Positions 55,101-64,000 of a stretch of DNA of 64,000 nt are shown piece by piece (position 1 is the first letter of the stretch; each line of letters starts with the position of its first letter). The translations under genes and the position numbers were made by a program. This DNA comes from a virus, in IMG/VR virus record IMGVR_UViG_3300008448_000018, positions 1-64,000 of that record. The stretch is one strand, 5' to 3'. Below the pieces are notes generated by a model. The model was not told the origin of the DNA. It made no database searches and was given only the letters and a program-made list of their open reading frames with translations.

Positions 55101-56442
55101 TAAATGCTTGGTCATCATCAAACAAAGATATCTCTCCGTTAGATGCAAGCAACTGTCCAACTGGCAAAGATGTAATCCCAATATCAGAAAGTGTTTTAGT
55201 AATTCTAAAGTCAGTAACTTTATCAGAAATATCAACAATTAATCTTGGAGACATCTCAATTAAATCAAAAGTAGAATCAAACTTATTCATAACATCAACG
55301 ACTATACGCATTCCACGTATATATTGGAATTCTCTATAAGTTACGTCTCCGTCTATATCATTGTCAAATGAGTCTGGGGATGTTAAATCAGTTACAAAAT
55401 TAGTGTTATTTGCTACCTCTTCTGAACCTAACTGCCATCCATACTGTGGTGTAAATGTTGCATAGTCTCCATTAGTCCAGATATAGAATGTTCCACGATC
55501 CCCTTCGTTTTCAATAACAAGGTAGGCATAACCTTCTACGCTTGTTTCTGGAAGCAATGTGTCTGAAGATAGTGTTTCTGCAAATACAAAAGAAGACTGA
55601 TACTCTTCTGGAATAATTAAACCATATTCAAGTTCAACGTATCCATCTGTATCTATGATTGGTTCTCCCGATGCTCTTGTGTCATTTTCTCTAAATGAAT
55701 ATGCATCTACCCAACTATTACCCTTAAGGTACTGAACCTTCCATCTTGTGGGAGTTGTTTTATTTGCAGTTCCAAATAATGGATCTGCTATTGAAGAAGT
55801 TCCATTAATAAATGGACCTAAATTAACATCACCAATGTTTGTCTGCATTTTAATAATAATTCTATTGGTTGGAACGTTTTCTTTATATACAACAAATGGA
55901 ACAGCATCATCAATATAGTACAAGCCATTAGAAATATTTTTAGCAATGCCTCTTTCAATATTATTTTCTGTTCTATATGATGTCCAATACTTAAACTCAT
56001 CATACCTAGAAGGCATATAATATCTTGGTCTTTGTGCCATTGATGCACCAGAGTTTGCTAAAAATTTATTATTAAAATATAGTGGTTTATTAATACCTGA
56101 TCTAGGTCTAAATGGCTTTAAGCAATCTTCTAAAGAATATATCATCTTCATCTTATCTTTAGTTGATGTAAATAACTGAGGCACATTTGAATTTGTAAAA
56201 CCACCATCAATTACTACATCGGCATCTGTTGCTCCAGTAAAATAATTTCCAGCATCTAGTTGGTCAAAATCATTTGGTAGTGTAAAATATTGTGAAGAAC
56301 TGTCTAATGGTCTATACCTATAGTTGCCAAGTTTATAAATATTGTCTGGCATATTCATATTCCACTCAGCCAAAACTAATGACTGAAGTCTAACTGTTGC
56401 AGATGTTTCTAGGTGTGTCTTTAGCGCTTCATTTACAAACAC
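52132..56442 (-). CDS. large minor tail protein
   Basis: 1436 aa downstream of the tape measure; LQLGDIVT C-terminal motif. Confidence 0.75.
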   Translation of the reverse strand: MFVNEALKTHLETSATVRLQSLVLAEWNMNMPDNIYKLGNYRYRPLDSSSQYFTLPNDFDQLDAGNYFTGATDADVVIDGGFTNSNVPQLFTSTKDKMKMIYSLEDCLKPFRPRSGINKPLYFNNKFLANSGASMAQRPRYYMPSRYDEFKYWTSYRTENNIERGIAKNISNGLYYIDDAVPFVVYKENVPTNRIIIKMQTNIGDVNLGPFINGTSSIADPLFGTANKTTPTRWKVQYLKGNSWVDAYSFRENDTRASGEPIIDTDGYVELEYGLIIPEEYQSSFVFAETLSSDTLLPETSVEGYAYLVIENEGDRGTFYIWTNGDYATFTPQYGWQLGSEEVANNTNFVTDLTSPDSFDNDIDGDVTYREFQYIRGMRIVVDVMNKFDSTFDLIEMSPRLIVDISDKVTDFRITKTLSDIGITSLPVGQLLASNGEISLFDDDQAFNDQNSSSIVSEYVRKNIKFNFYEVILGVNGFDYYVPIKTLYSEGFPQADVTAGTISIQLRDFFFFLESMSAPRLLTTQTSLSYAITTLLDYIGFTNYTFRRVTGESDPIIPYFFVAPDQNVAQVLNQLALATQTAMFFDEYNNFVVMSKDYLMPTVDQRSTDFVLSGSNNQTDTGVIENSTSGNLPNIISIASKDKKIYNDGKINYTTRYIQRSYGSIRQSSMVDQNKTWIYKPSLLWEVSGTENTKTINEIASKQGAYVLGAMPLNSIIPAVAPTVVNHAITNNVIDLGENIYWITRYNGYLYSNGEVIKYDAAEFSITGVGNVWISSNQEYQRYFASIPFNGKIYPTGLIRIYTTPYYETVDGITRLQNGAVVDHGRGQFGTTIVEHTAGISDYWSNNDYVRGCNMQAGYMFTTQLDEDVTYPSTTLGAAGVDNVLARQTTRNGIIKNFMSNNYLTETQVNNLKSTETGTIQSSALVMNGPSFKTTDTPLNFVSYVYKSLNNAYKHFGTRVRIIGKIENNTSRTQTPIGSTTYYQASGTQPDQNVNIGGGSGGLAVLLNPETNNGYYFEIIALTEDNINSYLKLNTKGEAEKSINNIVFYKVKKDSSNNNAIPIKLWGGLSKILVDDGRFTGQYRMSGEDNPTVYDLSVEYQDIGKTRRFYLYINNKLIKVVDDTDPLPIYNNMALFTRGSSRVMFENIYALSENYSQNSVFTVGETLSSALSDGKINANESFRKYAMSGIIQSTYLSGISAQEPPKYNMYFEEFGSIMRECAYFDVKYDRAYPALYAQLSPTFNRIKGYTTSGFKADSYGAEFLIFNATDKALSLDETTGNFLRIQGITFTQDTTHELTVDEYFKKRGNLSDPEFVGSTLAFSPLVEKAKYDEIRQSRMIYGKNDFTIDSIYVQTDDDANALMGWIINKIMHPKKSVGVNMFSIPTLQLGDIVTLNYKDSTGLDLVSSDTSRFVVYNIEYSRGTDGPNMTAYLSEV

Positions 56443-56443
56443 T

Positions 56444-57085
56444 TTAGACCTCTTCCAGCGTTACCGAAATATTCCAAAGATCATGGTTACCACCACCACG
56501 TTTTACGACAGTATAGTTGAAGTCAGCAAAGTATACCTGCATAATTTGATTATATTGTGCTAGATGACCATAAGCAGCACTATCTTTACCAAAGTTATTA
56601 TATTTATCATATGCCAAATACATCCAGAATGGACCCTTATGGTTTTCATACCAATCCAATAACTCTACTCCACCTGCTCCACCATCTGCTGTGTACTCTT
56701 GACCAGCAACATTTTTATATGGTGAAGCACCAGTTGTTGGATTAAAATCTGCTGGTAAATGAAAACCTCTAGATGGCAATAGATTCCAAGATAATGACAT
56801 AGTTAACTTGTCGGCAATATGATAAGACCTCATCCTACCATTGATGGTTCTTTGACGTTGTTCTATTCTTACTGGTTTAAATTGAAGTTCCCCTCGATTA
56901 TGGTCAGAAAGTATTAAGAACTGGTCTAGAAGGGCTTCATCAGCCCCCTCTGGGGCATCTACGCCTATTTCATAGCCTGTTGGTACATAAACTCCATCTA
57001 CCAAGGTTCCTGCGTTCTCAGACCAAAGTAAAGCCTGTGGGCGTTGATATCTACGACGACCTGTTAAATATGCTGCGGTAGCCAT
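56444..57085 (-). CDS. distal-tail-like protein
   Basis: Directly after the tape measure; WNISVTLEEV end. Confidence 0.65.
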   Translation of the reverse strand: MATAAYLTGRRRYQRPQALLWSENAGTLVDGVYVPTGYEIGVDAPEGADEALLDQFLILSDHNRGELQFKPVRIEQRQRTINGRMRSYHIADKLTMSLSWNLLPSRGFHLPADFNPTTGASPYKNVAGQEYTADGGAGGVELLDWYENHKGPFWMYLAYDKYNNFGKDSAAYGHLAQYNQIMQVYFADFNYTVVKRGGGNHDLWNISVTLEEV

Positions 57086-60000
57086 TATCTTTGTCCTCTA
57101 ATTCTCTGTGAATCAATATACTTAATCTGACCCATTACTGCTCTAGCAATATCGTTAGAACTTGCATTTGATTGTGGAACTGTAATTCCAATATTATAAT
57201 TATACATGGTCGTAGAACTGTCTGAAACTGTTGTTGCTACAGATGTTATTGTTGGCATCACTACAGATGAATTATTAGATGAATAAACTGCTGGAGTCAT
57301 ATCTTCAATCATTGAAGGGAACTTAGAATTATTCATCTGATTAAGCATTGGACCAAATCTCTTGGTTGCAGCCTTATTCATTACAAACTCTCCAGGGGTA
57401 AGCATTGCTGGAACTGAATCAGATCCAACTCTACCACCTGCAGCAAAATACTTAGGAACCATTCCGCCATAGTTCATTGGCATAATCTTTCCACCATACA
57501 TTTTCTTTTGTGTACTACTACCGCCACCTCCACTGCTTGTATAAACAGTATTAACAATATTTGTTGTTGTAATAATTCTATTTACATTTTCTGTAAGGGT
57601 AATAGTCTTACTCTTTAGTGCCTGCCAAGAAGCAAGAATTGCTGCTGTGTTTTTAGCAGACTTACTTGTTTCTGCTTCAACAGCCTTCATTTTAGACTCT
57701 ACAGCAGTTAATTCTGTATTAATAATTACCCACTGATCTTTTGTCTGACCTTGGTAAGTAATGCTCTTAATAAGTGCATCAGTTTGTTTCTCATATTGCT
57801 CTTTAGCAAGAGTTGCTTTTTCAAGAGCCTGTTGTGCTGGTACTAAAGATTCACGTTGCTTCTTATCTATATCAAATTGATAATCTCTAATCTTTTTATT
57901 AATTGGCTCACGAAGAAGTTCTTTAGCATAAATCTGATCTTGTATAGCAAGGATCTGTGCTTCAATAACTTGACGTTGTTGTTCTAGTGCAAATGTTTGT
58001 TGACCAATTTGGAACTGACGCTCTTCAATTTGAACCCTTGTCATTCCGCTAACTGATACTGCACCAATCTCTGCTTCTCGTGCAGCAGCAAGAACTCCAG
58101 ATGATCTACGTGATGCAGCCTCTGCAGCCGTTGCCCTCATTTCTTGAGCAGCAGCAGCGGCGGCGGCAATATCTCCTTGACTTAATGCATCAGCAAGTGT
58201 AAGTCTTTGTTTTTCTTGTGCTGCAATTTCAGAGTTAAGTTGTGAAATTTTTGACAAGGCTTCTTCTTGGGCATCATATTTTTTATTAATGCTTTCTTCT
58301 GCTCTATCAATAAGTCCTAAAGTATTTGAAAGAATGTTAGATTCATCACTTAAGTTTGCAAGCGGTCTATCAAAATTAATATCAGCAGTTCTATTTAAGG
58401 TATCAATCTGTGCATTAAGATTATCTATTATTCTTGCTCCATAGACAGTGTTATATTCTAGGTCATACTGAAGGTTGCCAATTTTATCTTGATAATCACT
58501 AATAACTTTTTCTGCTGCATCTATTGCTGCTGTTTGAGCATCTATCTCTTTTGTTAGTTCTTTATATGCTGGAGCAGCGTTTCTTTCTTGTTCAACAAGT
58601 GCTGATTGTGCATCAAAATAATCCATTGCCGCACCAAATGAATCTTGGAATATTTGGAACTGACCCTCTCTGGTTTGCATGTTAAGGTCTTGCTGTAAGT
58701 CTTTAACTGCCTGTGCTGCAGCCTTAGCATCAGTAGCCATTTTCTTTAACTCTTCAGAACTAATGTCTTTTCCATTTATTGCTACGGCAAGTTCGGCATC
58801 TGCAACCATTTCAATTGCTTGTGCAGCATCTATTCCAGCAGCCTTTAGTTTCATAAATGCATTCCACTGAGCCTTTGTAGAATCTACAGTTTGTGATTGT
58901 GTAAGTTGGTATTCTCCAATTACTGCTTCATCAAATGCTTCTTTAAGAGCCTTGCCTTGTGCAGTTAATACTGGCTGACCATTTTTAATGGTCATATATG
59001 TTTTACGAGTCTTATCGTCCATTTGATTAATAAAATCAAGGAACTCTCTATTCATTGCTCCAGGTGCTTGGTTCATAAGGTTTTGCATTACTCCACCAAA
59101 TTGAGTTAATCCTTTGCCTTTTGTAACCTTGAGCAGTTCATTAATTCCTCCAGTAGCATTAATTGATGCCTTACGAACCATTTTCAGTCTATTTAAAATA
59201 TCATCAAGTGTTGTATCTCTTGAGCCTGTGTCTCCACCTGTTCCACCTGTACCGCCAGGAATAGCGTTTGGATCTACCTTCCCTTGTCTTCCAACAAGGT
59301 CAGCCTTTGCTGCATCCATGTACTTCTTCTTTTGTGCAGCGGCACCCCTACCTCTAAGTTGAGTAATTCCTTGTGCAGCAAGATATGCAGACAGTACATT
59401 TCTATCTCCAGCAGCAACAAAGTCAACAATCACACTCTTATTAATTGTTTTAGAAGTACCAACCAAAGTTGTCCATAACTTATCAAATTCTGCAGATGTC
59501 ATATCTCCAGTAATGCCTAAATTAAGAAATGCCTCTTTGGTTAATTCTTCTCCAGTTATTCCTGCTAATTTTTCAGTTATTGCAACAACTTCTTTTATTT
59601 GTGTTGCTCCATCATCATTAACATCAATAGTAATTCCATACTTTTGCTGCATATTAGCAAGAGTTGCAATAGCATTCATATTTTTATCAAAATTCTTTGG
59701 ATCTTTATTTAAGATATCCATAAAGATTGGAAGATTTGTATCTGTTACTCCAGCCTTCATAAGTAATTGCATTACTAGATTTGCATTTTCACTACCTTGT
59801 GTTTCAACAAGAACTGTAAACTGGCTTTCAAGATTTTCGTTATTTGCAAGTTTCATTATAGTTACTGGGTCAAGTGAACCACTAGCAAACTGAACTTGTA
59901 GCATTGCCTTAAAGTCTGCGTCTTTTATTCCATCCATGGCTTTCTTTGCTTCATCAGCAAAAACCTTCATAGGTCCTTCTTTATAGAGCGCATCTATTGC

Positions 60001-63000
60001 TGCATTAATTCCTTTTGTAAATATTTCTGGACCAAAAGCATCTTTTTGTGCAATAAGAAGATTTAGGGCTTCAGCATTTTTAGCATTTAGAGTATCAAGT
60101 GCTGCTTTTCTTTCTGCTTCAATTGTTTTAATTTCAGCATCTGTTTTAGCCATTTTAACTTTAATGTCATATTGTTTATTAAGTGAGTCGACAAGACCAT
60201 TATTCATTGTTACTTGCTCTAAACCAAGTTGAAGTGCTGCAGCACCTAGTTCAGCATTTACTTCTCTACGTTTATTTTGATCTGATAGTCCAGCGGCAAC
60301 GCTTGCTGATCCTGCTGCAGTAAGAGCAGTTCCACCAGCAAGTAATCCTGCACCTGGAAGACCTCCTGCAGCAAGCGCTGGAACACCTGCTGCTGCCATA
60401 AGCCCACCAACTGCTGCAGTAATTCCTCCACCAATAACTTGACCAACATTGGTAAATGTTACAGTGCTAACTGATTGTTCAAGGGCAGTCTTAAAGAAAT
60501 CAGCCTGTCTATTCATTGATTCCTGCTGAATTGCAAGAGTGATCTTAAGTGGATCTGTTGCAAGGTTTTCGCCATTAGGTCCAAGAAGAGTTGTTAATTT
60601 TCCACTAATAATTGCTGGAATTTCATAACTCTTTAATTCTTCACCAAGCGCTGAGGCAATACTTCTTGCTTGATCAGTTGTTATAACTCCTTGAACAATT
60701 GCATAAGCAAGGCTATTAGAAATATTTGTACCAATTTGTTGAATTCCTTGACCAGACTTTGCTTGCTTTTCGATATCTGCTAAAAGATTTTTACCAAACT
60801 CACTACCAAGAATGTTTTGACCAAATTTTCTTTGTACTGCATCTTCTCCAGTTAAAACATTTTGTCGTTTTCTGTTTGCCTCTTCTGTAGCGCTTACAGT
60901 TCCAGTAGTTTCTGCAAGACTTTGAAGTTTATCAGATGTCATATTCATAGACTTAGCAAGATCAACTCCAGCCTTTCTAGCCTTTTCAACATCTTTAGCC
61001 ATCTTTATAAATACTCCGCCAACAACAGCAATGGCTGCAATGGCTGCTACCCAAGGATTTGCAAGCATAGGAAGAAGCATTGTTATACCCTGCAAACCAA
61101 ATACAAATGGCATAATCTTTTGTGCCATCTCTCCAACTTGACCACCAGCAAATGAGGCAGCAATTGTTAAACCACTCATTGCTCCAATTCCAACGCCTGC
61201 CTTTGAACTGAACTGAGTTAGTTTTTCTTTTGTTGTCATCTGAGCCTTTGTAGACTCTTCCATAGATGTAGTAAGTTTTCTTTCTGCTGCTATCCTACGC
61301 TTGGCTTCCTTTAAACTTATTTTTTCTGTTGCTGCTATTAATTGTGCACGAGATAGTTGTGCTGATTGTGATACCGCTCCAACTGTAGTGCTTCCAGTTT
61401 TTTGTCCTGTTGGAATACCCTGCTCGGCTCCAGCAATTCTAATCTTGCCAAGACCTGGAATAAATGCTGGCTTTCCACTACGAATTGCATTTGTTGTTTT
61501 TTTATTAAGAACTGTTTCGCCCTTACCGATAGCAACTTGTCTTCTATCCCCAATTCCTCCACCAACTACACCTACAGATGTTGGCTTTGCTCTACCAGTT
61601 TGACCATCAACAACTCCAGTCTTAGTTCTTGATTTCTTTGTAGGGGTTATGTCTGCCAAAGTCTTCATTGGTTGTGAATAGAAATTACTCTTTGAGCGAT
61701 ACTCTAGTCCTGCAAGCACAGCCTTTGCTTGATATGAATTAGGATTGATTGAGGCATCATATCTAGCAACAGCACGTAGTGTTTCTGCTGCTCTAGCATT
61801 TGTTGGATGTGTTCCAGACTGCAACTTCTTAAGTTCATTTCTATCAATTCCCATTGACTTAAGTTGTTCGTCAGACATTCCAAGTAGATTTTGACCAAGT
61901 TTGCCCTTTACAGTATTTAAGTAATTATTTACATATCCTAAATCTGCTACTAGGTTATTAGCCTTCCACTCTTTAACTCCAGCACTTCTTACTTCTTGAA
62001 TGTGAGATGCTTGAACATTAAATAAATTCTTTTCTTGTTGTGGTGTTAAAACAATGCCTTGTCTTCTTAAGACTTCCTTAATGGCACGAGTCTCTGACAT
62101 AAATCCTGATTGAGACTGCTTGGCAAGATTTCTAATTGATGATGGTGCAGATGTTCCAGTTGATGAGCCTCTACCAATAGAAAGTCTTCTATCAAGTTGT
62201 GAAGCAGTCATTGGGCGACCACGTTCAACATTTCTATCTAAAGCATTTACAATTTTTTCTGTTTGATATCCATCTGCAAGAAGTTGTTCAATTTTTTTCT
62301 TAAGAGCAAGTGCAGTTTTTTGACTTGTTGTAGGATATGTTTTACCACCAAATGACAACATTCCGTCTGCAGTAACTGTTGCTTTATTTCCTTGCATTCT
62401 TGCAAGCAATTTTGCACTTCTTGCTGCAAACGCTTCATTGCTTTCTTGTGTTACTCCAGATAAACCTAGGACAAGTCTATTTACTTGGCTTGGGTTAGTA
62501 TTAAGAACCTGTGCTGAAGGTCCGCTTAGATCCATCTTTGGTTGGAACTGTGGAGAATTAGCAAATGGTTGTGCATCTCCAGTTCCAGTTCCAAATGCTT
62601 GTAGTTTTCCACTAAGCATTGCATCAATAATTGGTTGGAACTGTGGATCTTGTGCTATATCTGTTGGTATTACTGCTTCTCCAGGCATCAATACTGCAGG
62701 AACATTATCTTTTCTTCCACTGCCTGGAACAGATGCTGTTCCTCTAGCAAATTTCTTTGGAGCGCCACCCTTACCTGGCATCATCATGCCTGGGTTTGCT
62801 CTAGCAAAGTTTGCGGCTGCTACTGTGGCATCAATATATGCTTGACGAAGTAATCTAACTGCAGATGTTTCTGCTGTAAATGATTGGGTTAATCTTGTGT
62901 GTGCCTGGTTAAGAGATGCAGCAACTGTTGCAGCCTCAAGTTGCTCTGCATTCATATATCCAGTTTGCTCTGCAAGAATCTTTGTATTACCACCAAGTTT

Positions 63001-64000
63001 TAAGAATCCACCACGAAGAGCAAGGAATAGTTTAATAATATTTGCTACACCGTTGGCAAGCAAACCAAATGTCATCAACAATGTTGGACCAATAATTCCA
63101 ACAAGGGTAGAGGCAATTACAATAAACTTCTTTGTTCCATCTCCAAGGTTGTTAAACTTATCAAGAAGGTTTCCAATAGTTTTAACAATTGGTGTAACTG
63201 CTTCAAGGAATGTCTTTCCAATTGGAGCAATTGCTAATTTAAGTTCTTCTACTGCTGATTTAAACTGTGTACCAACAGCATCTTCTACTGTTTTTAATTC
63301 TCTTTCTGACAATATTGCAAGTTGTTCAACAGATGCTCCAGCAAGTTGTAGTACCTTGCTTGCTTGTGTACCGTCTTTAGTTACGTTCTGAAATAGTGTA
63401 GACAAACGTGAAAATTGAAACTTACCAAATAACTGTTCAATTGCACGAGCACGATTAAGAGGATCAAGTGTATCAAGCGCTCTTGCAAAGTCAATAACTG
63501 TTTGTCTTACATTTCCTTGATTTCCTTCAACGATTGCCTTAATATTAATTCCATATCCCGCAAGCATTTCAGATGCTTTTTTAGTTGGATTAATTAATGA
63601 TGCTAAACCAGACTTAAGTGCGTTAGCACCTTCTGATGCATTAATTCCACCTTCCTTCATTGCTGTTAGGAAGAATGCTAAATCTTCTACATCTCCGCCA
63701 AGTTGCTGTACAACTGGTCCAGCCTTTGGAATTGCAATTGTTAAATCTTCAATAGATACAACAGTTTGGTTTTCAACTGCGTTAAGGAAGTTAATCTTTT
63801 TTGCTAAATCTTCTGCTGCTATACCAAATGCATTTGTAATTGATATAGTTGTTTCTAGGGCTTGTGTTTGTTCTACCCCGCCAAGAACAGCAAGTCTATT
63901 TGCTTCTGCTACTTGTGCAGTAAGGTCCGCACCCTGTTTACCCATTGCTGCAGCCTGTGAAGCAAGTTCCATAGTCTTAACTGCAGAAACTCCATATTTT
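57085..64000 (-). CDS. tape measure protein (5' end outside the window)
   Basis: TP901-type TMP core, two VPA.L.PGE.V motifs, long coiled coils; frame open to the window edge. Confidence 0.92.
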   Translation of the reverse strand, partial: KYGVSAVKTMELASQAAAMGKQGADLTAQVAEANRLAVLGGVEQTQALETTISITNAFGIAAEDLAKKINFLNAVENQTVVSIEDLTIAIPKAGPVVQQLGGDVEDLAFFLTAMKEGGINASEGANALKSGLASLINPTKKASEMLAGYGINIKAIVEGNQGNVRQTVIDFARALDTLDPLNRARAIEQLFGKFQFSRLSTLFQNVTKDGTQASKVLQLAGASVEQLAILSERELKTVEDAVGTQFKSAVEELKLAIAPIGKTFLEAVTPIVKTIGNLLDKFNNLGDGTKKFIVIASTLVGIIGPTLLMTFGLLANGVANIIKLFLALRGGFLKLGGNTKILAEQTGYMNAEQLEAATVAASLNQAHTRLTQSFTAETSAVRLLRQAYIDATVAAANFARANPGMMMPGKGGAPKKFARGTASVPGSGRKDNVPAVLMPGEAVIPTDIAQDPQFQPIIDAMLSGKLQAFGTGTGDAQPFANSPQFQPKMDLSGPSAQVLNTNPSQVNRLVLGLSGVTQESNEAFAARSAKLLARMQGNKATVTADGMLSFGGKTYPTTSQKTALALKKKIEQLLADGYQTEKIVNALDRNVERGRPMTASQLDRRLSIGRGSSTGTSAPSSIRNLAKQSQSGFMSETRAIKEVLRRQGIVLTPQQEKNLFNVQASHIQEVRSAGVKEWKANNLVADLGYVNNYLNTVKGKLGQNLLGMSDEQLKSMGIDRNELKKLQSGTHPTNARAAETLRAVARYDASINPNSYQAKAVLAGLEYRSKSNFYSQPMKTLADITPTKKSRTKTGVVDGQTGRAKPTSVGVVGGGIGDRRQVAIGKGETVLNKKTTNAIRSGKPAFIPGLGKIRIAGAEQGIPTGQKTGSTTVGAVSQSAQLSRAQLIAATEKISLKEAKRRIAAERKLTTSMEESTKAQMTTKEKLTQFSSKAGVGIGAMSGLTIAASFAGGQVGEMAQKIMPFVFGLQGITMLLPMLANPWVAAIAAIAVVGGVFIKMAKDVEKARKAGVDLAKSMNMTSDKLQSLAETTGTVSATEEANRKRQNVLTGEDAVQRKFGQNILGSEFGKNLLADIEKQAKSGQGIQQIGTNISNSLAYAIVQGVITTDQARSIASALGEELKSYEIPAIISGKLTTLLGPNGENLATDPLKITLAIQQESMNRQADFFKTALEQSVSTVTFTNVGQVIGGGITAAVGGLMAAAGVPALAAGGLPGAGLLAGGTALTAAGSASVAAGLSDQNKRREVNAELGAAALQLGLEQVTMNNGLVDSLNKQYDIKVKMAKTDAEIKTIEAERKAALDTLNAKNAEALNLLIAQKDAFGPEIFTKGINAAIDALYKEGPMKVFADEAKKAMDGIKDADFKAMLQVQFASGSLDPVTIMKLANNENLESQFTVLVETQGSENANLVMQLLMKAGVTDTNLPIFMDILNKDPKNFDKNMNAIATLANMQQKYGITIDVNDDGATQIKEVVAITEKLAGITGEELTKEAFLNLGITGDMTSAEFDKLWTTLVGTSKTINKSVIVDFVAAGDRNVLSAYLAAQGITQLRGRGAAAQKKKYMDAAKADLVGRQGKVDPNAIPGGTGGTGGDTGSRDTTLDDILNRLKMVRKASINATGGINELLKVTKGKGLTQFGGVMQNLMNQAPGAMNREFLDFINQMDDKTRKTYMTIKNGQPVLTAQGKALKEAFDEAVIGEYQLTQSQTVDSTKAQWNAFMKLKAAGIDAAQAIEMVADAELAVAINGKDISSEELKKMATDAKAAAQAVKDLQQDLNMQTREGQFQIFQDSFGAAMDYFDAQSALVEQERNAAPAYKELTKEIDAQTAAIDAAEKVISDYQDKIGNLQYDLEYNTVYGARIIDNLNAQIDTLNRTADINFDRPLANLSDESNILSNTLGLIDRAEESINKKYDAQEEALSKISQLNSEIAAQEKQRLTLADALSQGDIAAAAAAAQEMRATAAEAASRRSSGVLAAAREAEIGAVSVSGMTRVQIEERQFQIGQQTFALEQQRQVIEAQILAIQDQIYAKELLREPINKKIRDYQFDIDKKQRESLVPAQQALEKATLAKEQYEKQTDALIKSITYQGQTKDQWVIINTELTAVESKMKAVEAETSKSAKNTAAILASWQALKSKTITLTENVNRIITTTNIVNTVYTSSGGGGSSTQKKMYGGKIMPMNYGGMVPKYFAAGGRVGSDSVPAMLTPGEFVMNKAATKRFGPMLNQMNNSKFPSMIEDMTPAVYSSNNSSVVMPTITSVATTVSDSSTTMYNYNIGITVPQSNASSNDIARAVMGQIKYIDSQRIRGQR

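Overview
A 64 kb segment of a large, AT-rich lytic siphovirus of Actinobacteria. The host call rests on a phage WhiB, an MSMEG_6728-type glycosylase, an actinobacterial-type secreted surface protein and many leaderless TAnnnT-N5-7-ATG genes; the gene set and low GC fit freshwater actinophages. Layout: 1-15.7 kb (+), small 'early'/accessory genes, 3 tRNAs and a 0.85 kb repeat-rich non-coding island; 15.7-20.8 kb, a glycosyl/methyltransferase cluster; 20.9-64 kb (-), holin-like gene, WhiB, endolysin, Hsp20, 2 tRNAs, proteases, surface proteins, terminase, RuvC/Cas4-like/RecA/DnaE/SSB/primase/DnaB, tail genes and a tape measure gene that runs off the window. The most striking signal is non-coding. 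The early intergenic blocks share a modular design: [covarying H-type RNA pseudoknot(s) just after a stop codon] - [a single CCGG] - [host-like TF sites: helically phased CRP boxes, GACAC/WhiA-like, 9-nt BldC-like repeats, DnaA boxes] - [promoter TGTC(A/G)G-N10-TAnnnT, the actinobacterial PafBC/RecA-NDp DNA-damage promoter]. The non-coding island adds DnaA boxes and an MraZ-type (GTGGAG-N4)x3 array. All protein calls come from motif recognition by eye, not database searches.
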